Both the position numbers and the translations under genes were made by a program. A stretch of DNA of 63,778 nucleotides, filler included, from Octopus bimaculoides (lineage: Eukaryota): the NCBI RefSeq assembly GCF_001194135.2. It is 5 parts of 5 records of this genome, joined end to end, with 100 filler letters (N's around TTAATTAATTAA, not from the genome) between each part and the next. Parts side by side here need not be neighbours in the genome. Positions count along the whole stretch, not along the records: positions 24,081 to 50,705 come from NC_068983.1; positions 50,806 to 59,158 come from NC_069000.1; 3 more parts are not named here. The stretch is one strand, 5' to 3'. A model generated the notes under the pieces. It ran no database searches and was not told where the DNA came from. It saw only the letters and a program-made list of their open reading frames with translations. Shown one piece after another: positions 38,830 through 51,444 of this stretch (within the stretch, counting starts at the first letter, position 1; the number at the start of each line of letters is the position of its first letter).

Positions 38830-39700
38830 AATAACAAGATTTTTCAGTAAGTGTTCCAGCTCTTTACTCCCTGAGTTAAAATCCTATTGAAATCAACTTA
38901 GCCTTTCATCCTTTCAGGTTTGATAAAATAAAATATCAACCTATGATCGTGGATTAGTGGAACTGTCAGTGTCAGATGAGATTCTTTGTAATATTTGTTC
39001 TGACTAAGGTGGCGAGCTGGCAGAAACGTTAACACGCTGGGCAAAATGCTTAGCGGTATTTCGTCTGCCGTTACATTCTGAGTTCAAATTCCGTCGAGGT
39101 CGACTTTAACTTCTTTCATCCTTTCGGGGTCAATAAATTAAGTACCAGTTATGCACTGGGGTCGATGTAATCGACTCAACCCATTGTCTGTCCTTGTTTG
39201 TCCCCTCTATGTTTAGCCCCTTGTGGGCAATAAAGAAATAAGAAACATTAGCACACCAGGCAAAATGCTTAGCAGTATTTTGTCTGTCTTTATGTTCTGG
39301 GTTCAAATTTTGCCGAGGTTGACTTTGCCTTTCATCCTTTCAGGGTTGATAAATTAAGTACCAGCTGCATACTGTGATCAATCTAATCGACTGGCTCCCT
39401 CACCCAAAATTTCGGGCCTTGTACATAGAGTAGAAAAGAATATTTGTTCTGGCTAAGGCAGCAAGCTGGCAGAACCGTTAGCACACTGGGCAAAATGCTT
39501 AGCAGTATTTTATCTGTCTTCATGAGCTGAGCACAAATTCTGCCAAGGTTGACTTTGTCTTTCATCCTTTCAGATACCAGTTGATCACTGGGGTCAATAG
39601 AATCAACTTACCACCTCACTCAAAATTGTTGGCCTTGTGTCAAAACTTGAAACCAATATTTGTTCTGTCTCTTTGCATTCTGAGTTGAAATTCTACCACA
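38830..39700 (+). mobile_element. Tandem array of ~5 S2 SINE copies of different ages
   Basis: Repeated S2 bodies; the copy at ~39007-39245 keeps its CpGs and carries the alternative AATAAA tail. Confidence 0.88.
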
Positions 39701-40056
39701 TTAGATTTAATCTTCTGCCTGTTTTTACACAACAACCTGGTCCCTGGGTGACTTCTGTGGAGTTTGCTTGGCTGCAGCCTTGCTGGCCAGATCTCTGATT
39801 TCAGGATAAATACCTACCTTCCTATTGTCACTCCTCGAAACTCTGAAAGAATAAAGCACCCTAGGTACTACTGTTCCCTTTTGGATAAAAAAAAAAACAG
39901 TAAGAAAAAATTCTATTCATAAATGCATTCCTCTATGGTCCTCATAAAATCATTCAATTCAGACACAAACACATAGTATACACTATTCAGAAACACGCAC
40001 ACAAACAACACACAACAAACACACATACACATGCATATACAGTATTAGGCACAGAT

Positions 40057-40730
40057 ATGCATACACACATATATACTAATATATACATGCATAAACACAT
40101 AGACACACAACATAATATATACAGGCACATTCAGAAACAAGCTTACTCACTCACACTTGTAGATCAAAACATAGATAAACACATACATGTATGTACTCAC
40201 AAACAATATTACACACACACACAAACACACACATACATATAACCACATGTAAACTTGCATACAAAGTTGCAAGCATGTGCTTGTACACACACACACACAT
40301 ACACAAAGAGTTATGTTCATACACTCAAACATGCACAAACAAACAATATGTACAGACACCCTCAGAAATATTCTCACAATTCTACACAAACGTACATTCA
40401 GAAGCCTGCACACACACACACACACGTGTGCGCATGCAGAAATATACATACATGCACACACATACACAAGCATACACATGTAACCACATACATACTTATG
40501 AGCACAATATATATAGACACCTATGGAAACTTACAATGTAATCTCATATACATACATGCACATAAACATACACACAGAAACCTGCACATATACAAACATA
40601 TACATGTATATATAACCACACATGTACACACACACAAACACATGCTCAATTATATACAAACATATTGCATATACATTCTCATTATTATACAGAGACACAC
40701 AAAAATACAACACACCCATAGACACTAATA
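40057..40730. repeat. Degenerate (CA)/(TA) low-complexity tract
   Basis: Directly visible; source of the His/Thr/Ile-rich ORFs. Confidence 0.9.
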
Positions 40731-41235
40731 TGCTGCCAGTCCTAATCAGCACCAAGAATTGGTTCCAGAATTTGAAAATGAGAGCTTTCTCTTGGAGAAA
40801 TTACAAGGAATAATCTATAAATGGAATGAACTTATAAATGAATAACAGTTGCAATTGAATTAAAACAACCTCTAATCCAGATTAGAGCTGATGATATTGA
40901 CAGTGTATATTGGATTCTGTAGCAATTGCCTTACTAAAAGGTAATCTTCAGTGCTAACGATATTGTCTCAAAGTTTTAATAAGACGAAAGACAATCATAT
41001 CATTGCTCTTCTCTAAAACTGTAAATAGTTTCACTGCAGACACTTGTCTCTGGTTAAATGTAGGTGTGTATGAGTGTGTGTCTATACACACACACAAAGA
41101 TACACACACACACACACACATATATATAACAATATATATATATATAAATGCTTGTTTTTATGTTCACTTGTAATGAAAAAAACAATTTTACATTAATCTG
41201 ATGGGTTACTCTATAGTTTTCTGGAGAACAAATTT

Positions 41236-41370
41236 ATCATTCATATACAAGAATGTATTTGATAGTAACTTCAAGTTTCGACCAGCTAAGCCATTGTCAG
41301 ACAGTCTGACGATGGTTTGACTGACCAAAACTTTGAAGTTAATGACAACAACATTCTTGCATAAGAATAA
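41236..41370. ncRNA. Head-to-head pair of degenerate minimal hammerhead ribozymes forming a ~135 bp palindrome
   Basis: Centre 41303. + : CTGACGA-TGGTTTGACTGACC-AAAA-CTTTGAAG-TT. - : CTGACAA-TGGCTTAGCTGGTC-GAAA-CTTGAAG-TT. Confidence 0.6.
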
Positions 41371-41597
41371 TTCCTATATGAGAATGTATTGTAGCTCTTC
41401 GCTCCAACATTCGAAACTCCAAGTACTATAATGAAAACTTACTGTTTGTTCTAAATTATAAGATATATATATGTGTATATATATATATATATATATGTAT
41501 ATATTTATTTATTTATTTCTCTCTATATATATATATGTACACACATATATAATATGTATGCATATACATACATATATATTGTATGTATATACATGTG

Positions 41598-41628
<31 letters not shown>

Positions 41629-43563
41629 TTATTTATTTATTTCTCTCTATATATATATATGTACACACATATATAATATGTATGCATATACATACATATA
41701 TATNNNNNNNNNNNNNNNNNNNNNNNNNNNNNNNNNNNNNNNNNNNNNNNNNNNNNNNNNNNNNNNNNNNNNNNNNNNNNNNNNNNNNNNNNNNNNNNNN
41801 NNNNNNNNNNNNNNNNNNNNNNNNNNNNNNNNNNNNNNNNNNNNNNNNNNNNNNNNNNNNNNNNNNNNNNNNNNNNNNNNNNNNNNNNNNNNNNNNNNNN
41901 NNNNNNNNNNNNNNNNNNNNNNNNNNNNNNNNNNNNNNNNNNNNNNNNNNNNNNNNNNNNNNNNNNNNNNNNNNNNNNNNNNNNNNNNNNNNNNNNNNNN
42001 NNNNNNNNNNNNNNNNNNNNNNNNNNNNNNNNNNNNNNNNNNNNNNNNNNNNNNNNNNNNNNNNNNNNNNNNNNNNNNNNNNNNNNNNNNNNNNNNNNNN
42101 NNNNNNNNNNNNNNNNNNNNNNNNNNNNNNNNNNNNNNNNNNNNNNNNNNNNNNNNNNNNNNNNNNNNNNNNNNNNNNNNNNNNNNNNNNNNNNNNNNNN
42201 NNNNNNNNNNNNNNNNNNNNNNNNNNNNNNNNNNNNNNNNNNNNNNNNNNNNNNNNNNNNNNNNNNNNNNNNNNNNNNNNNNNNNNNNNNNNNNNNNNNN
42301 NNNNNNNNNNNNNNNNNNNNNNNNNNNNNNNNNNNNNNNNNNNNNNNNNNNNNNNNNNNNNNNNNNNNNNNNNNNNNNNNNNNNNNNNNNNNNNNNNNNN
42401 NNNNNNNNNNNNNNNNNNNNNNNNNNNNNNNNNNNNNNNNNNNNNNNNNNNNNNNNNNNNNNNNNNNNNNNNNNNNNNNNNNNNNNNNNNNNNNNNNNNN
42501 NNNNNNNNNNNNNNNNNNNNNNNNNNNNNNNNNNNNNNNNNNNNNNNNNNNNNNNNNNNNNNNNNNNNNNNNNNNNNNNNNNNNNNNNNNNNNNNNNNNN
42601 NNNNNNNNNNNNNNNNNNNNNNNNNNNNNNNNNNNNNNNNNNNNNNNNNNNNNNNNNNNNNNNNNNNNNNNNNNNNNNNNNNNTATATATATATATATAT
42701 ATATATATATGCATATACATACATACTGTACATACATATACGCGCAAGTGTGTTTGTGTATTTTGTAGGGTCAGTTGTAGATTAGCTCCAGGTCAGCCCA
42801 GGTCATGTTGAAATATGATAAAAGGTGTCTAAACCAAGACTGTGCCACATTTTTGTTTATATAGGAAGTATAGTTCAGCAATGTACTCAGAGTATTTGAA
42901 AACATGTACCATGGACCAGGAATTACAGCTCACTGATGTAAATAATGAATAAAGTACTATGTAAGAAATATGTTTCCCAAGTTTACCCCATTCATCATCA
43001 TTGTTGGTGAATTACCCTTAACTTCATCATCATCTCATCATCATCATCATCAACACCATCATCGTTTTGATGTCTACTTTTCTATGAATGAATGGGTCAG
43101 ACAACAGTATGTTGGGGAAGATTTCTCTTTGGCCAGATGTCCTTCCTGTTGCCAACACCTGCTTTTATTCTGAATGAGGGAATAATTTCCCAGTCTACTG
43201 AATAACAAACAGCTTGGACATATTTACAGAGAGAACCAGAAGCAGATACAACTGTATGAATGAGCTTTTTATTTACAGAGATTGTGCAACTTGTCAAGAC
43301 ATGACAAGGAGCTTGAATATGATTTCATGGTGGACTGCAAGCAAATGACACCAGCAGAAAAACCTTTGTTTGCAATCAACTACGAACACATGAGTATATG
43401 ACAGACATACAGACTCATTCACACAATCACACACAACACACACACACACACACACACACACAGCTGGGTTCAGTCTCACTGCATATCACCTTGAGCAAGT
43501 ATCTTATTCTATAGCTTTGAGCCAACTTGTGAGTAAATTTGTGTAACAAAAACTGAGAAAATT

Positions 43564-43604
<41 letters not shown>

Positions 43605-43839
43605 TTCAGTAATAGGATAAAATCTTTTATCAAAATTTATCAAGTAGCTAGCGTGGAAAAAACCTCATACAGGAAAAATCATTTATTCCCCAAAATATAT
43701 TTATTTATATAAGAGCATTACTATACATGAATGCCTCATGCTAAGAGGGACTCTAAGGTCAAACTACCATAATAAACACCTTTCTACCAAACGCGAGGAA
43801 ATGCAACTCTCAAAGCTAGCCTCTTAAAAACAGACTAAA

Positions 43840-43899
43840 CTATAGATCAACGATTTCATAGTTATTACAGCAATATGTAACTTCTACTCATCAGTATAG
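43840..43899 (-). ncRNA. Minimal type I hammerhead ribozyme with intact core
   Basis: CTATA-CTGATGA-[GTAG..GTTAC loop GTAAT..CTAT]-GAAA-TCGTTGA-TC|TATAG; 5-bp helix I; AUC cleavage triplet. Confidence 0.75.
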
Positions 43900-44532
43900 A
43901 ATGGTCAAGACACATAAAAATAAACAAAATAAAATGACCACGCTCGAATGGTGCTTTTTACATGCCACTGGCACGGGACGTCAGGTGGCACTGTCTCACT
44001 GTACCATTGCTATCCGCTAGTCCCTGACCTGTATGTTTTAACAAGAAAACTTTTAACACACCCTATCCCAACAAACTAATCTACGTCTCTACATCTCTTC
44101 TCTTCTTCACATTACCTCCTTCATGCACTATGCCTACCTCTCACTCCCCAATCCTATCCTCACGGCCTTGTTTCTCTGTATCATTGCTCTCCGGTAGCCC
44201 TTCCCCACTCTATATATACCCAGGTTTTCGCCACTCACTTCCCACACCCCCTCTAGACTCTTTAATCACGTTTCTTTTGCAATATCCTGCCACTTATATT
44301 ATGATGTTCAAACCTCAAGAGTATACCCTGGCACTTGCCACCATCTCTCTCTTCCTTTGCTCAACCATTTCATTTATATTCTGATCCCCAACCCTTGTGA
44401 GTATGCCCAGCACTTTGCCACCATCTCTATCCTGCTCTCTCTCTCCTTTTCCTGCTCTTCCTTCAGGATGGGTAACCATGTATCCCATTTGTGGCAGCAC
44501 ACTTGTTTCTGTCTTCATTCCTGATCTTTCTC

Positions 44533-44569
<37 letters not shown>

Positions 44570-46228
44570 GCCAGGTAGCCTTGTACCTCCTCTACAGCAA
44601 GACACCTGTTTCTGTCTCACTGTCTCACTCTAACTTTTTACCATCTGACACAAGATCACCTCCTCCAATTTCCCCTCCCCTCTCAAAAGATTTTTTTTGT
44701 CTTGCAAGGTACTTGGTGACCCTGTCAATGCAGGTGCCCCTTAAAAATCATCCAGTCCATATTTTAAAGTCGTTGACGTTTAGAAGGGCATCCAGCTGTA
44801 AAGACCTTGCCAAAACTGACTTCGCCTGTGCTTGTGCCACATAAAAAGCACTGAGTCCACTCTTCTGAGTGGTTGGTGTTAGGAAGGACATCCAGCTGTA
44901 AAAATCCTGCCAAAACAATCACAGAAGTCTGATGCAGGTTTCTGCCTGGCTGGCTCCTGTCAAACCTTCCCACTCATGCCAGTATGGAAGGTGGGTGTTA
45001 AATGATAATGATGATAATGATGATGATGATGATAATATATGTGAGTTATCTGAAAAAATCTGGAGTTGAAAATTCTGCCTACCTGCTTCTTCTTATTATA
45101 TAAAACTGGTACGCCAAAAAAGCCTCATGATAGCAAAGGAGAATGGGTACCAGCCAGCCCAAAGGTTGAGTGGGCTGCACCTGCCTACCTCGATTGCTAC
45201 AGCATTAAGGTAGATCCAGCCACCCCCATTAACAGGGACAAAACTCGAACTTAAAACACTGGATGAGGATGATGACACATAGATACGCACACATGTACAC
45301 ACACACACATATATACATATACATGCATGATGTAGATATGTATAAGTATAACAAGTTTCTGCCCCTCCAAATTCCACTCAAAAAGTATTGACTCACTAAA
45401 TGTTGTTGAGAAGACACTTTTCCAAGGTTCCATGCAGTAGAATCAAACCCAGAACTGAATGCTTCTGAATCAACCCATTTAACCACATTGCCAAGGAAGC
45501 AAATCTCCCTTTCTCCTGGACAGACTGCTATTCTACTCCTGCTTAACTCTCTTGGCACAATATTGTATATTATTTTCATGCTTAGCAAACAGAGAAATAG
45601 AATGTGCTCTGTAATTTACCATCTAATTGCTCAATATATTGTTTAATGTATAACACATATTCGGAACTCTTCTTCTTACTGGCGCCAAGTATAAGTGATG
45701 CAAACTGACACATTGGCACTTAATCAAGTAAGCTCCAACATGGTCTTTATCACCACTTCCAACCACTACCTCTTGTTATTAATCTCAAACATTTAAGCTC
45801 TGATCAATTGCACAATTTCATCAGATGCTATTTGAAATAAGGATATTATTAAATTAAAACTGTCATGAGAAAGAGGAAGCTGGGGAGCTTGAATATTTAT
45901 TTATATTCAGCCTGCTATAGACATGATGGGAACAAATTCAGACAATTTCTAAAAATATGATTAAAAAAAAAAGAGAAGATAGCAATAATAATTAAAAAAA
46001 AATAGTAATAGTTTTAATAAATAAATAAATAAATATATTTCTAAATTACCATTTATTGTCACAGACAAAATTAATGGGAAATTTCTTGGTGCCATTTGAA
46101 TCTTAAGGTTACACATTTCATAACAATCTTGAAACATTGGAACAAAACAAAAAACAAAAAAAACAAATTTTCAAAACAAACCAAAAATAAAAACAACAAT
46201 AATAATAATAGTAATAATAATGATAATT

Positions 46229-46270
<42 letters not shown>

Positions 46271-47659
46271 GCAAAAAAAATCAAATTAATAAAATAAAAT
46301 TAATTAATTAATACCAAACAGAATAAAAACAAGCAATAAAATAATTAAATTATAAAAGAGGGGGAGAGTCAGCATTAAAAACAAGAAACAAAACAAAAAA
46401 CAAAAAATGAAAGGTAAATTAATACAATAAATATAAATCAAATAATTAAACATGGATGAGAAGAAAACAAACAAACAAACAAATAAATAAATAAGTAAAT
46501 AAACAAACAAAACGCAGCAAAAGATAACTGAATGAATAAATGAATGTAATAAGATGTAATGCGGAAAATAAATAGATTCTTAATTAGTATGATAGCTGTC
46601 ATCAGAGCCTAATTTGATTGATTACATAATCATCACCAATGCAATCATTATCGTCGTCATCATCATCATCATCATCATCAATATCATCATCATCATCACC
46701 AGCAGCAGCAGTAATAGCAGAAACAGCATTACCACCAGTACAATTATCATCATGATCAGCAGCGTAATTAACGTCATTAGTATCAGCATTGTTGCTCATT
46801 ATCGTCACCGGTATGATAATAATCAACATTAGCAACATTACTGTCATCTACACTGTTAGCAACAACACAGTCATCATCATCATCATCATCGTCATCGTCA
46901 TTATCATCAAAGCTATCGACATTTTAATGTCCATTATTTCTCTCTGCTGGAACAGGGTTTGACAAGTATGCAATATGCTATGAAACTTATCGCTATACAT
47001 TCACACAATTTTATACGGTTAGTTTCAGTTCTTTTTGAATAGACACATGAAATTAAAATTACCTGAACCATACCACAATGTATTACTGGTATATATTTCA
47101 TACTTTGCCTTCAAACAATAATTATAATGATAATATATATATATATATAAACAAATAGTAAATGAGTATATGCATATATACATACAGGTATGTGCATACC
47201 GACATCCACCTGTATGTATAGGTGCATATCTGGGTACAGGACATTGCAAACAAAACATAGACGAGAAAACACACAAGCCACATAGAGAACATTCTACTTC
47301 ATCAGCTACCCCCGTTTTAACACCAGCGTTTCGAAGAGCTGGGCAGGACGCATCGTTAAAACGGCTCTTCCCATGGACCGCAAATTAAATTTGTATACAC
47401 AAATTAAATCTTGCCATGGAGGAATGTAGTGGCGGACACAAAACAAGACAGGAAAACAAACAGAAAAGGCTTTACGGCCAGACGAGAAAATTTATTTGTG
47501 TATGAACGCTGTGAGGCACGAACTTGAAAGTAGGGACGAGGTAGTTCGCGTGTTTGCTCGGCAATAGCCAAAGAAGAAAAGGATTATGTGTGTGTGTGTG
47601 TGTGTATGTGTATATATATATATATATATATGTATGCATGTATAGATGTATGTAAGTAT

Positions 47660-47968
47660 ATATAAATCATGATGGCACTTGTGCCGGTGGCACGTGTAAA
47701 GACATTCGAGCGAGATCGTTGCCAGTGCCGCTGGACTGGCTCCTGTGCAGGTGGCCAGTACCGCCTGACTGGCCTTCGTGCCGGTGGCACGTAAAAGCAT
47801 CCACTACACTCTCAGAGTGGTTGGCATTAGGAAGGGCATCCAGCTGGAGAAACTCTGCCAAATCAGATTGGAACCTGGTGTAGCCATCTGGTATACCAGT
47901 CCTCAGTCAAATCGTCCAACCCATGCTAGCATGGAAAGTGGACGTTAAACGATGATGATGATGATGAT
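47660..47968 (+). mobile_element. RTE-like LINE 3'UTR copy with (GAT)n tail, CpG-retaining
   Basis: GGCACGTAAAAGC...AAGGGCATCCAGCTG...GGACGTTAAACGATGATGAT. Confidence 0.8.
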
Positions 47969-48363
47969 ATATATATATATATATATACACATATCTATAT
48001 GTACACATACATGCATATTTCTACATGTATAAATACACATATATTATAAATATATATACACATATATTTATGAATATACAAATATATACATATTGACATA
48101 CATGTATAGAAATATATGTATGTATGCACGTATGTTATTTGTGTGTATGTGTGTGTGTGTGTGTGTGATGTGTGTATTGGTGTTGACGCCACATGGTGTT
48201 GGTGCGATGTGAAAATAATGCCAAAGGATTCAATGGAGCCTGGTGCAGGTCTCTGACTTTAACAATCTCCTTCATGTCAAACCATCCAACTCATGCCAGC
48301 ATGAAAGACAGGCATTCAATGATGATGATGATGATGATGATATCTGTATAGAAATAGTTATAA

Positions 48364-48426
<63 letters not shown>

Positions 48427-48997
48427 NNNNNNNNNNNNNNNNNNNNNNNNNNNNNNNNNNNNNNNNNNNNNNNNNNNNNNNNNNNNNNNNNNNNNNNNNN
48501 NNNNNNNNNNNNNNNNNNNNNNNNNNNNNNNNNNNNNNNNNNNNNNNNNNNNNNNNNNNNNNNNNNNNNNNNNNNNNNNNNNNNNNNNNNNNNNNNNNNN
48601 NNNNNNNNNNNNNNNNNNNNNNNNNNNNNNNNNNNNNNNNNNNNNNNNNNNNNNNNNNNNNNNNNNNNNNNNNNNNNNNNNNNNNNNNNNNNNNNNNNNN
48701 NNNNNNNNNNNNNNNNNNNNNNNNNNNNNNNNNNNNNNNNNNNNNNNNNNNNNNNNNNNNNNNNNNNNNNNNNNNNNNNNNNNNNNNNNNNNNNNNNNNN
48801 NNNNNNNNNNNNNNNNNNNNNNNNNNNNNNNNNNNNNNNNNNNNNNNNNNNNNNNNNNNNNNNNNNNNNNNNNNNNNNNNNNNNNNNNNNNNNNNNNNNN
48901 NNNNNNNNNNNNNNNNNNNNNNNNNNNNNNNNNNNNNNNNNNNNNNNNNNNNNNNNNNNNNNNNNNNNNNNNNNNNNNNNNNNNNNNNNNNNNNNNN

Positions 48998-49046
<49 letters not shown>

Positions 49047-49799
49047 CACATACATGCAAACATACAAACTCACACACACACTCATGCATATATTTATATA
49101 TATATATACGAACGTTTGTATGTGACTGTGTACATGTGTGTGTGCGTGCGTGCATGTATGTGGGTATGTGTGGGATGCATGTGTGTGCGTGTGTGTTTGT
49201 GTATGCATGTGTGTATGTGAGTCTGTGTGTCTGTGTCGGTGTTTATATATGTTTATGCTATATGCTCAGGTGTTAGAAAGTTCACATTGCAACCATGAGG
49301 ACTTGATTTCAATTCTAATTCAGAGCTTTTTTTTAGCATATACCTTATTCCATAGCCTCTGGTTATTCTATGCCTTGTCTGAGAAATTGTATTGAGGGAA
49401 ACTGTGGAGAAGCTTGCCAGATGGTTTGAACCTACAATTCAACAAGGTACAGTCTTGTCAGATACTGCATCATGAGAATCTACCCACAAAGTTTGTTACG
49501 AGTACACATGTCTATAAAACATTCAGTCTCTTGCATGTTAATACACAAGCAAGGAATTCAGTTGATCAAACAACCCTCATCATTCTGGTATTTTTCATTT
49601 ATTTCTCTCTTTTTGAATTTCCCCAGAAGAAGGGCTCTGTCTGAAATGCTCGATTTTCCATTTCAAGTTCGCTGTACTCTTTTTATTTCGTTTTGCTACA
49701 TGATATAAGTCTTGTTGATGCAGATCAACACCAGCCTCTTTGAAATCTGTTTGGTGAGAGGAAAAGAAGTGCCTTCTTCTGGGTGTTATCAATGATAAG

Positions 49800-49960
49800 T
49801 AGGTGCAGGTGTGGCTGTGTGATAAGAAACTTGCTCCCCAATCACATGGTTTAGGGTTCAGTCCCACTACGTGGCACTTTGGGCAACTGTCTACTATAGC
49901 CTCAGGCTAACCAAAGCCTTGTGAGTGGATTTGGTAGACACAAACTGAAAGAAGCCCATC

Positions 49961-50024
<64 letters not shown>

Positions 50025-50250
50025 TGTACATGTGTGTGTGTGTCTGTATTTGTCTCCCCTGCCATAGTTTGACAACTCATACTGGTGTGTTTATGTCCCC
50101 ATAACTTAGTGGTTCAGCAAAAGGATTATATAGAATAAGTACTAGGGGTACAAAGAATAAGTCCTTGGGGTCAATTTCTTTGACTAAAACCCTTTAAAGC
50201 AGTGCTCGAGCACAGCCACATTCAAATCATTGAAACAAGTAAAAGAATAG
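49800..50250 (+). mobile_element. S1 SINE, full-length, CpG-depleted
   Basis: S1 consensus with TG/CA replacing CG. Confidence 0.85.
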
Positions 50251-50254
50251 CGGA

Positions 50255-50320
<66 letters not shown>

Positions 50321-50865
50321 AGAGAGGATTTGATGTGTGCATATCATCATCATCATCATTATCCCTTAACACCCGTTTTTCATACTGATACGGGTTGGAC
50401 TAGTATATATAGCAAAACAAAAATGAATCAAAGGCCCTTCCCAAGCCTTAGGCTCATAAGGCTGGTTTCCTGGATTGTGTAACATATATATTTTCCCTGG
50501 ACAGAACAACAATCCATTACAGGATTAACCATTTTTGCCAGCTGAGCAGATTGGAGCAAAGTGAAATGAGGTGTTTTCCTCAAGAGCATTTCACATCGCT
50601 TGGTCCTGGAATTAAAAACACTATCTTACAGCCATGTGTGCAACACTCTAATCACTAAGCCATGCGTGTATATATATTATACCTTGATATATATATATAT
50701 ATATANNNNNNNNNNNNNNNNNNNNNNNNNNNNNNNNNNNNNNNNNNNNTTAATTAATTAANNNNNNNNNNNNNNNNNNNNNNNNNNNNNNNNNNNNNNN
50801 NNNNNTATACATATGCATATATAATATATACACTTTATTTAAAAGCAGCAGAAATATAACAAAAG

Positions 50866-50905
50866 ACTGTTACTCTGAGTTTCATGCTCCCGTTCATCGG
50901 ACAGC
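50866..50905 (-). ncRNA. Minimal hammerhead-like motif (CCGATGA core variant)
   Basis: GCTGT-CCGATGA-ACGGGAGCAT-GAAA-CTCAGAG-TA|ACAGT; helix III CTC-A-GAG cannot close as a monomer. Confidence 0.6.
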
Positions 50906-51444
50906 TTTGTTAGAAATGGGAAAGGAATAACAATATAATATATATATACATGTGTACATATAACATATATATATGTATGTATATATAATATATATATGTA
51001 TATATAATATATATATATGTATGTATAATATAGATATATGTATATATAATATGTATATGTATATATTATATATATCCTCCCTCTCATACATACCGATTTA
51101 TCTCTGTTTCTAGTTTGTCTTGTCTTTCTCCTCTCACTCACTGTATCTCTCTTTCTCCCTCCCTCTCTCTCTCTTTTACTCCTGCAGTGCATATATATTC
51201 TCTCTGCTTTCCCTCACTACCTTTACATCTCTCCTTTCCGTCTTCCTTTTTTCACTATCTTTATATCTATCTCTGCTCTCTTCACTACCTTTATATCTCT
51301 TTTCTCTCTGCTCCCTCACTTTTTCTACATTTCTCTCTCTCTATTCCTCTGTCTATCACTCTGCTTTCTTCACCATGTCTCTCTCTATATATATATCTGT
51401 CCTCACTTCTTCTTGGCGTATCTTTTCTCTCCCTATCTCAGCAA

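Noticed and set aside
41461-41703. ~122-bp tandem duplication of TA-rich sequence
   Set aside because: Low complexity and adjacent to a gap; slippage or assembly artefact.
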